From NCBI GenBank assembly GCA_963674705.1, contig OY771506.1, forward strand, positions 2,336,001-2,400,000: a stretch of DNA of 64,000 bases. Direction: 5' to 3'. Within the stretch, counting starts at the first letter, position 1. Each line of letters begins with the position of its first letter. This document shows positions 19,549 to 28,076 of the stretch, one piece after another. This DNA comes from Phycisphaeraceae bacterium (GTDB lineage: Bacteria; Planctomycetota; Phycisphaerae; Phycisphaerales; Phycisphaeraceae). The position numbers and the translations under genes are program-made. The notes under the pieces are model-generated. The model did no database searches. It had not been told where the DNA came from and saw nothing but the letters and a program-made list of their open reading frames with translations.

Positions 19549-20930
19549 GTTATCCCGATCCCAGCGCGCGTGTTGAACCGGCGATCGATCGATGGTCGCT
19601 CGGGGATCATGCACACGATCTTGGAGAACTCATCCAACGCATCAATCAACGCGCTGAACGCTTGGGCACCGCGACCTTACCCGATCAACCTACGCCACTG
19701 ATCGCGACCGGCCACCAGGCTCAACTCTGGCACCCCGGCATCCTCGCTAAAGATGTCGCGATGTCTATCGCCGCACAGCGATACAAAACACGCAAACTGC
19801 ACATCATCGTCGATCAGGACACCAACGAAGCCTGGCGGTTGGAAGTTCCGCACATCGAACAACAACGCCTACAAGTCAGCGCCTTGTTCCTTGCCAATCA
19901 GAAGCAGGATGTACCCACCGGTTTTCAGGCGCCGGCCGATCCCCAAGTTATCCAGAATCAACTCGTCACGGTCGATTCGCCATACACCGATCTGCTTAAA
20001 CAAGTGCTCGCCGATATGCCGGTTTGCAGCAGTCTCGCTGAACAGATCGCGGTGGTTTTGCACCGTCTTAAACAGCCATACGTCGGCAACGTCCCCGTGA
20101 TGTTTGTCAGCGATCTTGCAGGTTTGCCCGCCTACAAATCGATTGTTAATCGTATGCTTAACGATGCCGCCAATTGTGCTGACGCATACAACCGGGCGGT
20201 TTACCGGATACCCGAAGCAGGTATGACACCGCTGATCTTTAGCCGTGAACTCGTTGAGTTGCCTTTGTGGGCGGTGTGTTGGAACCAGCCACGCCGGCGC
20301 GTGTTCGCCGACCTTGCAGACTCCGAACCGATATTTGTTTTTGAGAACGGTGAACTTGTTGACCGCGATACCTATACCTTGTTGCCGCGTGCGCTATTGC
20401 TCACAGCCGTGATGCGCAGCAGCCTGTGTGATCTATTCATCCACGGCACGGGCGGCCTGACCTACGACATGATCACCGAGCGATGGTGGGAAAGCTGGAC
20501 AGGTAAATCCCTCTCGCCCATGGCGGGTGCTACCGCGAATCTCTATCTCGATCTGGACGTTCCCGTCGCCGACCGCGCCCAAGTCGATCGCGCTGTCTGG
20601 CATCACCATCACCTGCCCTGCAATATCGACCGCGAACTGAACCTCGATAACGAAGCGACACGTGAAAAGCGCGAATTACTCGTCCACATGAACGACGACC
20701 GCGATCGCGACCGCCGACGCAACGCCTTCAAACGCATCCACCAGCTCAATCAACAGCTTGCAGAGCAAAACCCCGGCGTGATCGAAAGCGCACAGCAAGA
20801 ACTCAATCGTGCCAGACTGGGCCTGCAAAACGCCCGGATCGCCCGCAAACGCGACTGGTGCTTTGCTCTCTACCCGCCCCAGAATCTGCATCATCTTTAC
20901 ACGTTGATCGCCAACCATCCGGTACAATAG
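19545..20930 (+). CDS. Hypothetical protein, possibly a BshC-like ligase
   Basis: ATGHQ...HPGILAK, IVDQD, FIHGTGGLTYD resemble BshC motif spacing; ATGA overlap with the GT2 gene. Confidence 0.6.
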   Translation: MSYPDPSARVEPAIDRWSLGDHAHDLGELIQRINQRAERLGTATLPDQPTPLIATGHQAQLWHPGILAKDVAMSIAAQRYKTRKLHIIVDQDTNEAWRLEVPHIEQQRLQVSALFLANQKQDVPTGFQAPADPQVIQNQLVTVDSPYTDLLKQVLADMPVCSSLAEQIAVVLHRLKQPYVGNVPVMFVSDLAGLPAYKSIVNRMLNDAANCADAYNRAVYRIPEAGMTPLIFSRELVELPLWAVCWNQPRRRVFADLADSEPIFVFENGELVDRDTYTLLPRALLLTAVMRSSLCDLFIHGTGGLTYDMITERWWESWTGKSLSPMAGATANLYLDLDVPVADRAQVDRAVWHHHHLPCNIDRELNLDNEATREKRELLVHMNDDRDRDRRRNAFKRIHQLNQQLAEQNPGVIESAQQELNRARLGLQNARIARKRDWCFALYPPQNLHHLYTLIANHPVQ

Positions 20931-20935
20931 CCCAC

Positions 20936-22462
20936 ATGAACAAGACCCACACAATCGTTGCGGTGCTTACGACGCTGCTGTGTCTGTTTGCTTCACCGGC
21001 CAGGACCTGCGCCCAGGATCAGGCCACTACCAACTTCGATCGCTGGTATGTGCTTGAGATCTCAGAGCAACGCGCCGGTTACATGCATGTCACCGAGCGC
21101 CAAAAAGAAGATCGGATCATCACGCAGACGGATATGCAGGTCACCGTCAAGCGTGGCGATGCGGCCATTACGATCTCGGTTGATTCCTGGTTCGTCGAAA
21201 CCGCCGAGGGCAAACCCGTCGAGGCTTCGTCAAGCATGAAACCGGGCGGGATGGCTATCGTTCAGCACATTAAGTTCAACGATGATGGTGTCGAGATCAC
21301 GACCGGGCAAGGCGCGGGCAAACGCACCACCACGCAACCGCTGCCCGATGAGAAGTTCCTCCCGCCCGCCGCCGCTCAACGTGTAATCGAAGCCGCTATC
21401 GATCGAGGTGATCAGGAAGTCTCCGTCGGTATGCTCGATACCAGCATGGGCCTGAACCCCCTGATGATGAACGCGAAAGTCGTCGGCAAGGAGAATGTCG
21501 AAGTTTTCGGCAAAGTCGTTCCCGCTATCGTTTGGGAAGCCACCATGTCGAACATGCCCGGCATCGCAGTGAAAGAGTTTGTGGATGAACACGGCAGGGC
21601 GGTAAAAACAACCGTGCAGATCATGCCCGGCATGGACATGGTCGTCGTCGAAGCGGATGAACAACTCGCCAAAGCGAAAATCGATCCGCCTCGCATCATG
21701 GCCCAGACACTGCTGCGGCCGGATAAGCCGATCCCACACGCGCGCCAGTCGCGCAACGCGATCTACAAGATCCGGATCAAAGGCAACGGCGACACACCTA
21801 TCAATTTCCCACGCACCGGTTATCAGCGCGTCGTCTGGAACGACAAGACCACCGCGTCGGTTATTGTTGATCTGGATGAACCCGTGAATGTCATCGACGA
21901 TCTGCCGACGGATGACGACCTTGAGTCATCCGAGATGATTGATTTTGAGAGTGATGCTGTGCGTGATTTGCTGCAGGTGGGTATGGCCGGCATCAACAAA
22001 AAAGATGAACCTGATTATGAGACCGCCAGCCGGCTCCGCGCGTTTGTACACAAGTACATTCAGGAGAAGGACCTGTCTTTCGGCCTCGCCCGCGCCAGCC
22101 AGATTGCGCAGACCGCGCAAGGCGACTGCACCGAACACGCGGTGCTCCTTACCGCACTCTTGCGGGCCGAGGGGATCCCCGCACGCACGGTGACGGGCCT
22201 TCTGTATGTAGATGAATTTCTCGGCCAGCAGGGCGTCTTCGGCTACCACATGTGGTCGCAAGCCTGGCTCACCGACACCGAGCAGGGACCCGAAGGCGGA
22301 CGCTGGGTCGACCTCGATGCGGTCCTCGGTGATCGAGACTTCGACGCCGTGCACATCACGCTGTCCGTTTCTTCCATGGCCGATGGCAAGCTGCTCAACG
22401 ACATGGTCGATATGCTGCCCACCTTCGGACGTATGGATATTCACGTCCAACACAGCGAATGA
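20936..22462 (+). CDS. Secreted transglutaminase-like protein
   Basis: Signal peptide; GDCTEHA (Cys), YHMW (His), WVDLD (Asp) triad. Confidence 0.85.
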   Translation: MNKTHTIVAVLTTLLCLFASPARTCAQDQATTNFDRWYVLEISEQRAGYMHVTERQKEDRIITQTDMQVTVKRGDAAITISVDSWFVETAEGKPVEASSSMKPGGMAIVQHIKFNDDGVEITTGQGAGKRTTTQPLPDEKFLPPAAAQRVIEAAIDRGDQEVSVGMLDTSMGLNPLMMNAKVVGKENVEVFGKVVPAIVWEATMSNMPGIAVKEFVDEHGRAVKTTVQIMPGMDMVVVEADEQLAKAKIDPPRIMAQTLLRPDKPIPHARQSRNAIYKIRIKGNGDTPINFPRTGYQRVVWNDKTTASVIVDLDEPVNVIDDLPTDDDLESSEMIDFESDAVRDLLQVGMAGINKKDEPDYETASRLRAFVHKYIQEKDLSFGLARASQIAQTAQGDCTEHAVLLTALLRAEGIPARTVTGLLYVDEFLGQQGVFGYHMWSQAWLTDTEQGPEGGRWVDLDAVLGDRDFDAVHITLSVSSMADGKLLNDMVDMLPTFGRMDIHVQHSE

Positions 22463-22546
22463 ATCGGGTGCTGGCCGCAGCGGTGACCGATTTGGGGATC
22501 GGTACGAGGGGATGTGCGTTGCGGCAAGACCGTGCTAGCATGTCCC

Positions 22547-22657
22547 GGAGTACCTGGCCAGGGTCGCCCCGGAAACCGACCCGAACCGGTGGATTAAGAA
22601 TACGGTGGCCTCCAACCAATCAGTGCCATATGTATGGCACCGACGGCCAAATTGGTT
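22547..22657 (+). ncRNA. Candidate structured RNA or 5' leader upstream of larB
   Basis: Multi-stem junction plus a long hairpin, preceded by an extended -10-like TGCTAGCAT (22533-22541). Confidence 0.45.
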
Positions 22658-22687
22658 TGTGAAATATACAAAAAGTTATTACTGCTT

Positions 22688-23488
22688 ATGTCAGATGCAC
22701 TTCAAGACATCCTCGTCCGCTACCAACAAGGCGAATTGACGCCCGAACAGGCCCGGCAAGCGATCCTGGCACAGCGTTCGGAGTCGCTGGGTTTTGCCAC
22801 GGTAGACCATGATCGCCGCCGTCGTTGTGGTTTTGCTGAGGTGGTCTACGCCGCAGGCAAGAGCTCTGACGAACTGGTCGCGATCATCAACTCGATCCTC
22901 GAGCGTGAGTCCTGTGTACTGGTGACACGCACTGACGAGCAGCATGTTCAGGCAGTCAAGCGTGCCCTTGCCGAGAAGCCGATCGAAGTTGGCACACGTG
23001 GCCGCACGCTCATCGTCGGCTCAGCCCCCGCTCCCGCCGAGGGATTGGCCGAGATCCCAATCATCACCGCCGGCACGAGCGACCTGCCTGTGGCTGAAGA
23101 AGCCCTGCTGACCTGCAAAGCCTTGGGACACCCCGCCGTGTCAGTGAATGATGTCGGCGTAGCCGGCTTGCACCGGATCGAGCCGCACCTGCCCATGTTC
23201 CGCCGGGCACGCGTTTTGATCTGTATCGCAGGGATGGAAGGGGCGCTACCCAGCGTGATCGGCGGTTTGGTAGAAGCGCCTGTGATAGCCGTGCCCACCA
23301 GCGTCGGCTACGGCGCGTCCTTCGGCGGGGTCACGGCGCTACTTTCCATGCTCACAAGCTGCGCCTCCGGCGTTACCGTCGTCAACATCGACAACGGCTT
23401 CGGCGCTGCCTACAACGCCTGTCTCATCAACCGCATGGCTGCCGGCTCCCACAACCACCATCCACCGCACGAACACCACGAATCATGA
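22688..23488 (+). CDS. larB: Nickel-pincer cofactor biosynthesis protein LarB (PurE-like)
   Basis: DHDRRRRCGFAEVVY..GK, AGTSDLPVAEEA, DVGVAGLHR, AGMEGALPSV, PTSVGYG, VVNIDNGFGAA. Confidence 0.92.
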   Translation: MSDALQDILVRYQQGELTPEQARQAILAQRSESLGFATVDHDRRRRCGFAEVVYAAGKSSDELVAIINSILERESCVLVTRTDEQHVQAVKRALAEKPIEVGTRGRTLIVGSAPAPAEGLAEIPIITAGTSDLPVAEEALLTCKALGHPAVSVNDVGVAGLHRIEPHLPMFRRARVLICIAGMEGALPSVIGGLVEAPVIAVPTSVGYGASFGGVTALLSMLTSCASGVTVVNIDNGFGAAYNACLINRMAAGSHNHHPPHEHHES

Positions 23489-24357
23489 GCGACCTGATTA
23501 CCATTGACAAAGTCCCCGACGCGCCCGATCGCCCGCTGGATGCCCACAAGGGCACCTTCGCCGCCATCATCGTCGTCGGCGGATGTCAGACGATGATCGG
23601 GGCGCCCGCGCTCTGCGCACGAGCCGCGTTCCGATCCGGTGCAGGATTGGTAAAAATCGCAACATCATCTGACGTGCTGCCACACACGTTGACAATCGAA
23701 CCCAGCGCGACAGGCATCCTCCTCGATACCGATGACTGGTCTAAAACGATTCGCGAATCAGACCCTGATGGCAAAGCAGTACTCGCTGTCGGGCCGGGGA
23801 TGGGGCTGGCCGCAGGGAATCAGCAGCGCGTGGTATCGCTGCTTCAACTCAATCGGCCGACGGTCCTCGACGCCGATGGTTTAAACCTGCTTGCTAAGAC
23901 CGCTAAGCCCTGCCCGGATCGAAACAATGCGCCGCTGATCCTCACGCCGCATCCCGGCGAGTTCGCGCGATTGGCTGAACCCCTGGGCATCGATGAATCA
24001 CCAACCCATCCCGACTCGCGCCCACAAGCGGCGGCCAAACTTGCTCGAGCACATCAAGCCGTCGTATTACTAAAAGGGAAAAACACCGTTGTGACAGACG
24101 GCAAACACGTCTACATCAATGACACAGGCAATCCCGCGCTGGCGACCGCAGGCAGCGGGGATATCCTCACCGGGCTCATCGCGGCTCTGCTCGCACAACA
24201 CATGCCCGCTTTAGACGCAGCGATACTCGGCGCATACCTCCACGGCTACGCGGCCGACCAGTGGGCCCATGAATACAGCCCGCGCGGCCTGCGTGCTCAG
24301 GAACTCGCCGATCAACTTACCTCAGCTATTTATTTACACCAACTGCCGCCGTTTTAA
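23485..24357 (+). CDS. nnrD: ADP/ATP-dependent NAD(P)H-hydrate dehydratase
   Basis: AHKG, GAGLV, GPGMG, DADGLN, LTPHPGE, LKG, LATAGSGD. Confidence 0.92.
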   Translation: MSDLITIDKVPDAPDRPLDAHKGTFAAIIVVGGCQTMIGAPALCARAAFRSGAGLVKIATSSDVLPHTLTIEPSATGILLDTDDWSKTIRESDPDGKAVLAVGPGMGLAAGNQQRVVSLLQLNRPTVLDADGLNLLAKTAKPCPDRNNAPLILTPHPGEFARLAEPLGIDESPTHPDSRPQAAAKLARAHQAVVLLKGKNTVVTDGKHVYINDTGNPALATAGSGDILTGLIAALLAQHMPALDAAILGAYLHGYAADQWAHEYSPRGLRAQELADQLTSAIYLHQLPPF

Positions 24358-24372
24358 GAAAAGATGAGATTT

Positions 24373-25431
24373 TTATTTGTGGGGTTCGGCGGCATCTACA
24401 GAAGATTTTTGATTCTTTACGTGGGGTTTTGGAACCTCTAACTTGGACATGATCTCAGTCGATCCCGGGTCTTGATATCGCATCAGAGCCTTGCGGTGCA
24501 TCTGCTCAACTTTGTCTCGCAGTTCCGGGGGTTTCAGGACCAATACCTGGTCGGCGTAACCGCATATCCACCACGCGATCTCATTAAGACCGTCAACCTT
24601 AAACGTCATCCGGCACCGGCCGTCCTTGAGGATCTCGTGTTCTTGACTGGCGTGCCAGCGCACCTCGCTGACGTTCGTCGCGACCTTCTTGCTGAATTCC
24701 AGCAAGACCTCGTATTCCTTGCCCTCGGGTATCAGACGCCAGGCCGATCCGAGTTTGTCTTCGGCTTTGAAGTTCTTTGGCCGCTCGAATGCTTCGTCCG
24801 TTATCTCCAGTTCATTAATCCGTGTCAGCTTGAACATGCGAACATCGTCATGCACATCCGTGTAGCCCAGCACATACCAGGCGCGGTTAACGAAGTGCAG
24901 AAGATACGGATTGAGCACGGCATGAGTATCGTCCTGATCCACCGGACTGCGGTAAACCACTCGGCAACTGCGCCCTTCATCTATCGCACGTTGCAGCAGC
25001 ATGTGATAACGCATTTCCTTGTCGCCGATCGGTTGTGCGTCCGGCGCCACTGAGACATTGGACATTAATTCCTGACACACGTCGCGGATAGGGTTCGGCA
25101 CAGTCGAGATCAGTTTATAAATAGCCGACAGTGCAGAGCCGACCATCGGTCTTTCTCGCTGAGCGATCGCGGCCTTGGCGAACATCATCAGCCCTAGTGT
25201 CTCCGGCACGGTCAGGTTGATAGGCGGTAAATGAAAACGTTTATCCAGCCGGTAACCCAAACTGCGTTCGTGTTTGTAGGGGAAGCCGGCCTCTTCGAGT
25301 GTGCGCAGGTCCCGGAACAGGGTACGGCGACTGACATCCAAATCTTTCATCAACGATTCGGTGGTGTTGGGTTCATCGCGTTGAAGTACCGCGATAAGCC
25401 GCAACAGTCTTTGGATGCGTTCGGCCGGCAT
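24373..25431 (-). CDS. HTH-WYL-WCX transcriptional regulator
   Basis: VSRRTLFRDL HTH; PYLLHFVNRAWYVLG, RMFKLTRI WYL domain; WCX C-terminus. Confidence 0.92.
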   Translation of the reverse strand: MPAERIQRLLRLIAVLQRDEPNTTESLMKDLDVSRRTLFRDLRTLEEAGFPYKHERSLGYRLDKRFHLPPINLTVPETLGLMMFAKAAIAQRERPMVGSALSAIYKLISTVPNPIRDVCQELMSNVSVAPDAQPIGDKEMRYHMLLQRAIDEGRSCRVVYRSPVDQDDTHAVLNPYLLHFVNRAWYVLGYTDVHDDVRMFKLTRINELEITDEAFERPKNFKAEDKLGSAWRLIPEGKEYEVLLEFSKKVATNVSEVRWHASQEHEILKDGRCRMTFKVDGLNEIAWWICGYADQVLVLKPPELRDKVEQMHRKALMRYQDPGSTEIMSKLEVPKPHVKNQKSSVDAAEPHK

Positions 25432-25548
25432 GATTGAATATTGTAAAGTTCAACCACGATAATCCACAAGTTATTTAACTTGTTAAGTTCAAAATTGTGT
25501 TATTTTTATTCTAAAATTTAGAACGAGTCGTATTAACTAACAAACTAC
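25432..25548. promoter_or_regulatory. Very AT-rich promoter region with palindromes upstream of the WYL gene
   Basis: ACAAGTTA-TT-TAACTTGT (25466-25483); TTCTAAA-A-TTTAGAA (25509-25523). Confidence 0.55.
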
Positions 25549-26061
25549 TTATTTGTCAGATGTGAACCCTGAAACACGTAACATTTCCATGAGTTGTCCG
25601 GTGAAAACGAAGTTGTGTTCCGGGAAGGCCAGCCCCGCCATGTTGTGATCGATGTGGCTGAACATCAAAGTGATCTCGGCTAATGGGCTAGCCTCTTGCG
25701 TGTGCGGATCAATCAATTCGCACACGCCTTGGGTTGAGGCACCCGCTTTCGAATAATTATCCATTTCCGCAGTAAATCGGATGCTATAACCCGGACGCGC
25801 AGCGTTATAGAATTCTGCCTTGGTAATTTTGGCAAGAATGACTTTTTCTTTGAAGTCCCCTGCATGCCCGACCATGATCCCCGCCGTCTGCGCCATGCCC
25901 TCGATGATCAATGGATTAGGCAACACGGGCATCGCCGGCCGATCCCCTTCAGCCGGGAAGTGGTCATGCAACACCTCTTCGGCCGCGCTGACGTTCTTGA
26001 TCGTCACGCACCGCTTGCCGCGCTCCAACTCGAGAATACGGTCTATCCAGATCCAGCGCAT
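25549..26061 (-). CDS. FabZ/FabA-like hot-dog-fold dehydratase (variant)
   Basis: MRWIWIDRI, KNVS, HDHFP...PVLPNPLIIEGMAQ. Confidence 0.85.
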   Translation of the reverse strand: MRWIWIDRILELERGKRCVTIKNVSAAEEVLHDHFPAEGDRPAMPVLPNPLIIEGMAQTAGIMVGHAGDFKEKVILAKITKAEFYNAARPGYSIRFTAEMDNYSKAGASTQGVCELIDPHTQEASPLAEITLMFSHIDHNMAGLAFPEHNFVFTGQLMEMLRVSGFTSDK

Positions 26062-26139
26062 GGGTATCGGGTATCGGGATTCGGGATTCGGGTATCGGGA
26101 AGACATCTCTGCCGAAACCCGATACCCGATACCCGATCC
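26062..26139. repeat. Inverted GGGTATC/GATACCC heptamer arrays filling the ACP-FabZ spacer
   Basis: GGGTATC GGGTATC GGGATTC GGGATTC GGGTATC ... CCCGATA CCCGATA CCCGATCC. Confidence 0.8.
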
Positions 26140-26143
26140 ACGA

Positions 26144-26521
26144 CTAAAGCTTACTCTCAACAAACTTCACCATGCTCTCGACGGTGAAGATGTTAGGAAA
26201 TTCATCGACCTGACGGGATTCATCGAACGCATCCAGATCGGCGTGGGGCAGTTGCTTACGCAGTTCTTCCATGCCCTTGTCCGTGACCTTACCGTCCTGC
26301 ACATACTGCGGATCGCTCAGGACGTTGTCCGCCATCAGCTCGGCCTGGTTGATCTTGATACCGAACGCCTTCTCCAAACGGAAGACGATGTCCAGGTAGT
26401 CGATCGACTCGGCGCCGAGGTCGCCGCCCAGCGTCGCTTCGGGGGTTACTTCGTCCTCGTCCACGCCTAAGGCATCTTCCAGGACCTCACGGACTTTTTC
26501 GAATACTTCGTCATGCGTCAT
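26144..26521 (-). CDS. Enlarged acyl carrier protein (125 aa)
   Basis: LGGDLGAESIDYLDIVFRLEKAFGIKI phosphopantetheine site; long insertion before the FTVESMVKFV helix. Confidence 0.88.
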   Translation of the reverse strand: MTHDEVFEKVREVLEDALGVDEDEVTPEATLGGDLGAESIDYLDIVFRLEKAFGIKINQAELMADNVLSDPQYVQDGKVTDKGMEELRKQLPHADLDAFDESRQVDEFPNIFTVESMVKFVESKL

Positions 26522-26561
26522 CTTGGTTATCTCCGATCGTGCGTCGTTTGCATCTGGTCGT

Positions 26562-26948
26562 TTATGCCACGTCCAACGGCTCAAGCCTGAACCGGCCCTG
26601 GACGGCCAACTGTCCTTCCACCGTCCCCTCGCCCTGGAACTCAAAGCCCGTTTCGTCCTGTTTCCGCAGGCTGACTTTGACCTCTAACGCCTGGCCCGGC
26701 CGGACCATATTACCGTAACGCACGTTTCGCACACGCGTCACGACCAACGGTCCACCCGGCGGCTCGTCAGATCCGGCCACAAACAGACGTCCGGCCTGGA
26801 CCATCGCCTCCAGCATCATCACGCCCGGCAGCACCGGGAAGCCCGGGAAGTGGTCCGCGAGGTACTCCTCCGCGGCTGTCACCGTCTTGATGCCGGTCAA
26901 CGAGTCCGCCTGACGGTCCAAAATCCTGTCTATTAACTCGAATCGCAA
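26562..26948 (-). CDS. FabZ-like 3-hydroxyacyl-ACP dehydratase
   Basis: FELIDRI, DHFPGFPVLPGVMMLEAM, VRPG. Confidence 0.88.
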   Translation of the reverse strand: MRFELIDRILDRQADSLTGIKTVTAAEEYLADHFPGFPVLPGVMMLEAMVQAGRLFVAGSDEPPGGPLVVTRVRNVRYGNMVRPGQALEVKVSLRKQDETGFEFQGEGTVEGQLAVQGRFRLEPLDVA

Positions 26949-27137
26949 TGTTGCTGTTCCCGGGACCTGGGGTCCTCAACGAAAACGGCGAGTGTAGTAA
27001 CGCGCCCAACGGCCTGCAACAAGACCGCTTGATTCTCTGGGACCCATCCACAATCCCCGGCTTCCACGCTACAATACCCCGCGACCTACCCTAAAGGGCG
27101 CCGTTTGGCTTGTCGGGCCCGTCCCACAAGACGTTTT

Positions 27138-28013
27138 ATGCACATGAGCGACCTGATGATCTATCTCAACGGCCATTTTATTCCCAAAGATGACGCCATA
27201 ATCAATGTAGACGAATGGGGCATGCTCTACGCCTACGGCGTCTACGAGGTGCTGCGGTACTACGCCGGCAAACCCCTGGGCATGGACCTGCACCTGCAGC
27301 GGATGTGCCAGAGCCTGGAACGCATCCGGATCGCCCAGCCCGCCGACTTCGATCGCTTTCCCCAGATCGCTCAGGAACTGCTTGCCAAGAACAACCAGAT
27401 CGACGCTCGCATTTACTGGCAGATCACGCTCGGTGTCGCCCCACGCAAGCCCAGGATATCCGAGGACATGATCCCAACGGTCCTCATCACTTCCAACCCC
27501 ATGCCCGCGCTGGATATGGATGAGCAGGTGGTCACCAAATCCGCGGTCTTCGCCCCGGACGAGCGGTGGAGCAACTGCTGGATCAAGTCTCTGATGCTTT
27601 TGCCCAACGTCCTGGCCGCCAACAAGGCTTTCGAAGCCGGCTACGATGCCGCCATCCTGCACCGCGGGGATGTCGTCACCGAGGCGACCAACGCCAATGT
27701 CATGATCGTCAAGGACGGCCAGTTCTTCACCCACCCGGCCGACCGCTTCATCCTCAACGGCGTCACCCGCCAGCTTGTGCTCAAACTCGCCCGCAAGCTC
27801 GATATCCCCGTCCGCGAAGAGCACTACAGCCCCGATCAACTATTCAGCGCTGACGAAGTCATCCTCACCGGCACGACCGTCCACGTCGCCGCCATCACCC
27901 ACGTCGATGACAAGGTCATCAGCGACGGTAAGGTCGGCCCCGTGACTCAGCGCCTGCATGATGCATTCATCCAGCTCATCACTGATGAATGCCTATCCAA
28001 ACAAACGGTGTGA
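27138..28013 (+). CDS. Class IV aminotransferase (D-amino-acid transaminase-like)
   Basis: YGVYEV, HLQR, IKSLMLLPNVLA, TEATNAN, ILNGVTR, ADEVILTGT. Confidence 0.88.
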   Translation: MHMSDLMIYLNGHFIPKDDAIINVDEWGMLYAYGVYEVLRYYAGKPLGMDLHLQRMCQSLERIRIAQPADFDRFPQIAQELLAKNNQIDARIYWQITLGVAPRKPRISEDMIPTVLITSNPMPALDMDEQVVTKSAVFAPDERWSNCWIKSLMLLPNVLAANKAFEAGYDAAILHRGDVVTEATNANVMIVKDGQFFTHPADRFILNGVTRQLVLKLARKLDIPVREEHYSPDQLFSADEVILTGTTVHVAAITHVDDKVISDGKVGPVTQRLHDAFIQLITDECLSKQTV

Positions 28014-28076
28014 TCACGAGTAAAAACCCGGCAAGCAAGCCGTGCCATTCTCCCGGCTGTGCTTTATCATGTACCT

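Noticed and set aside
26062..26163. N-terminal extension of the FabZ variant (GIGYRVS...SRYP)
   Set aside because: Translation of the heptamer hairpin; family homology starts at MRWIWIDRI.
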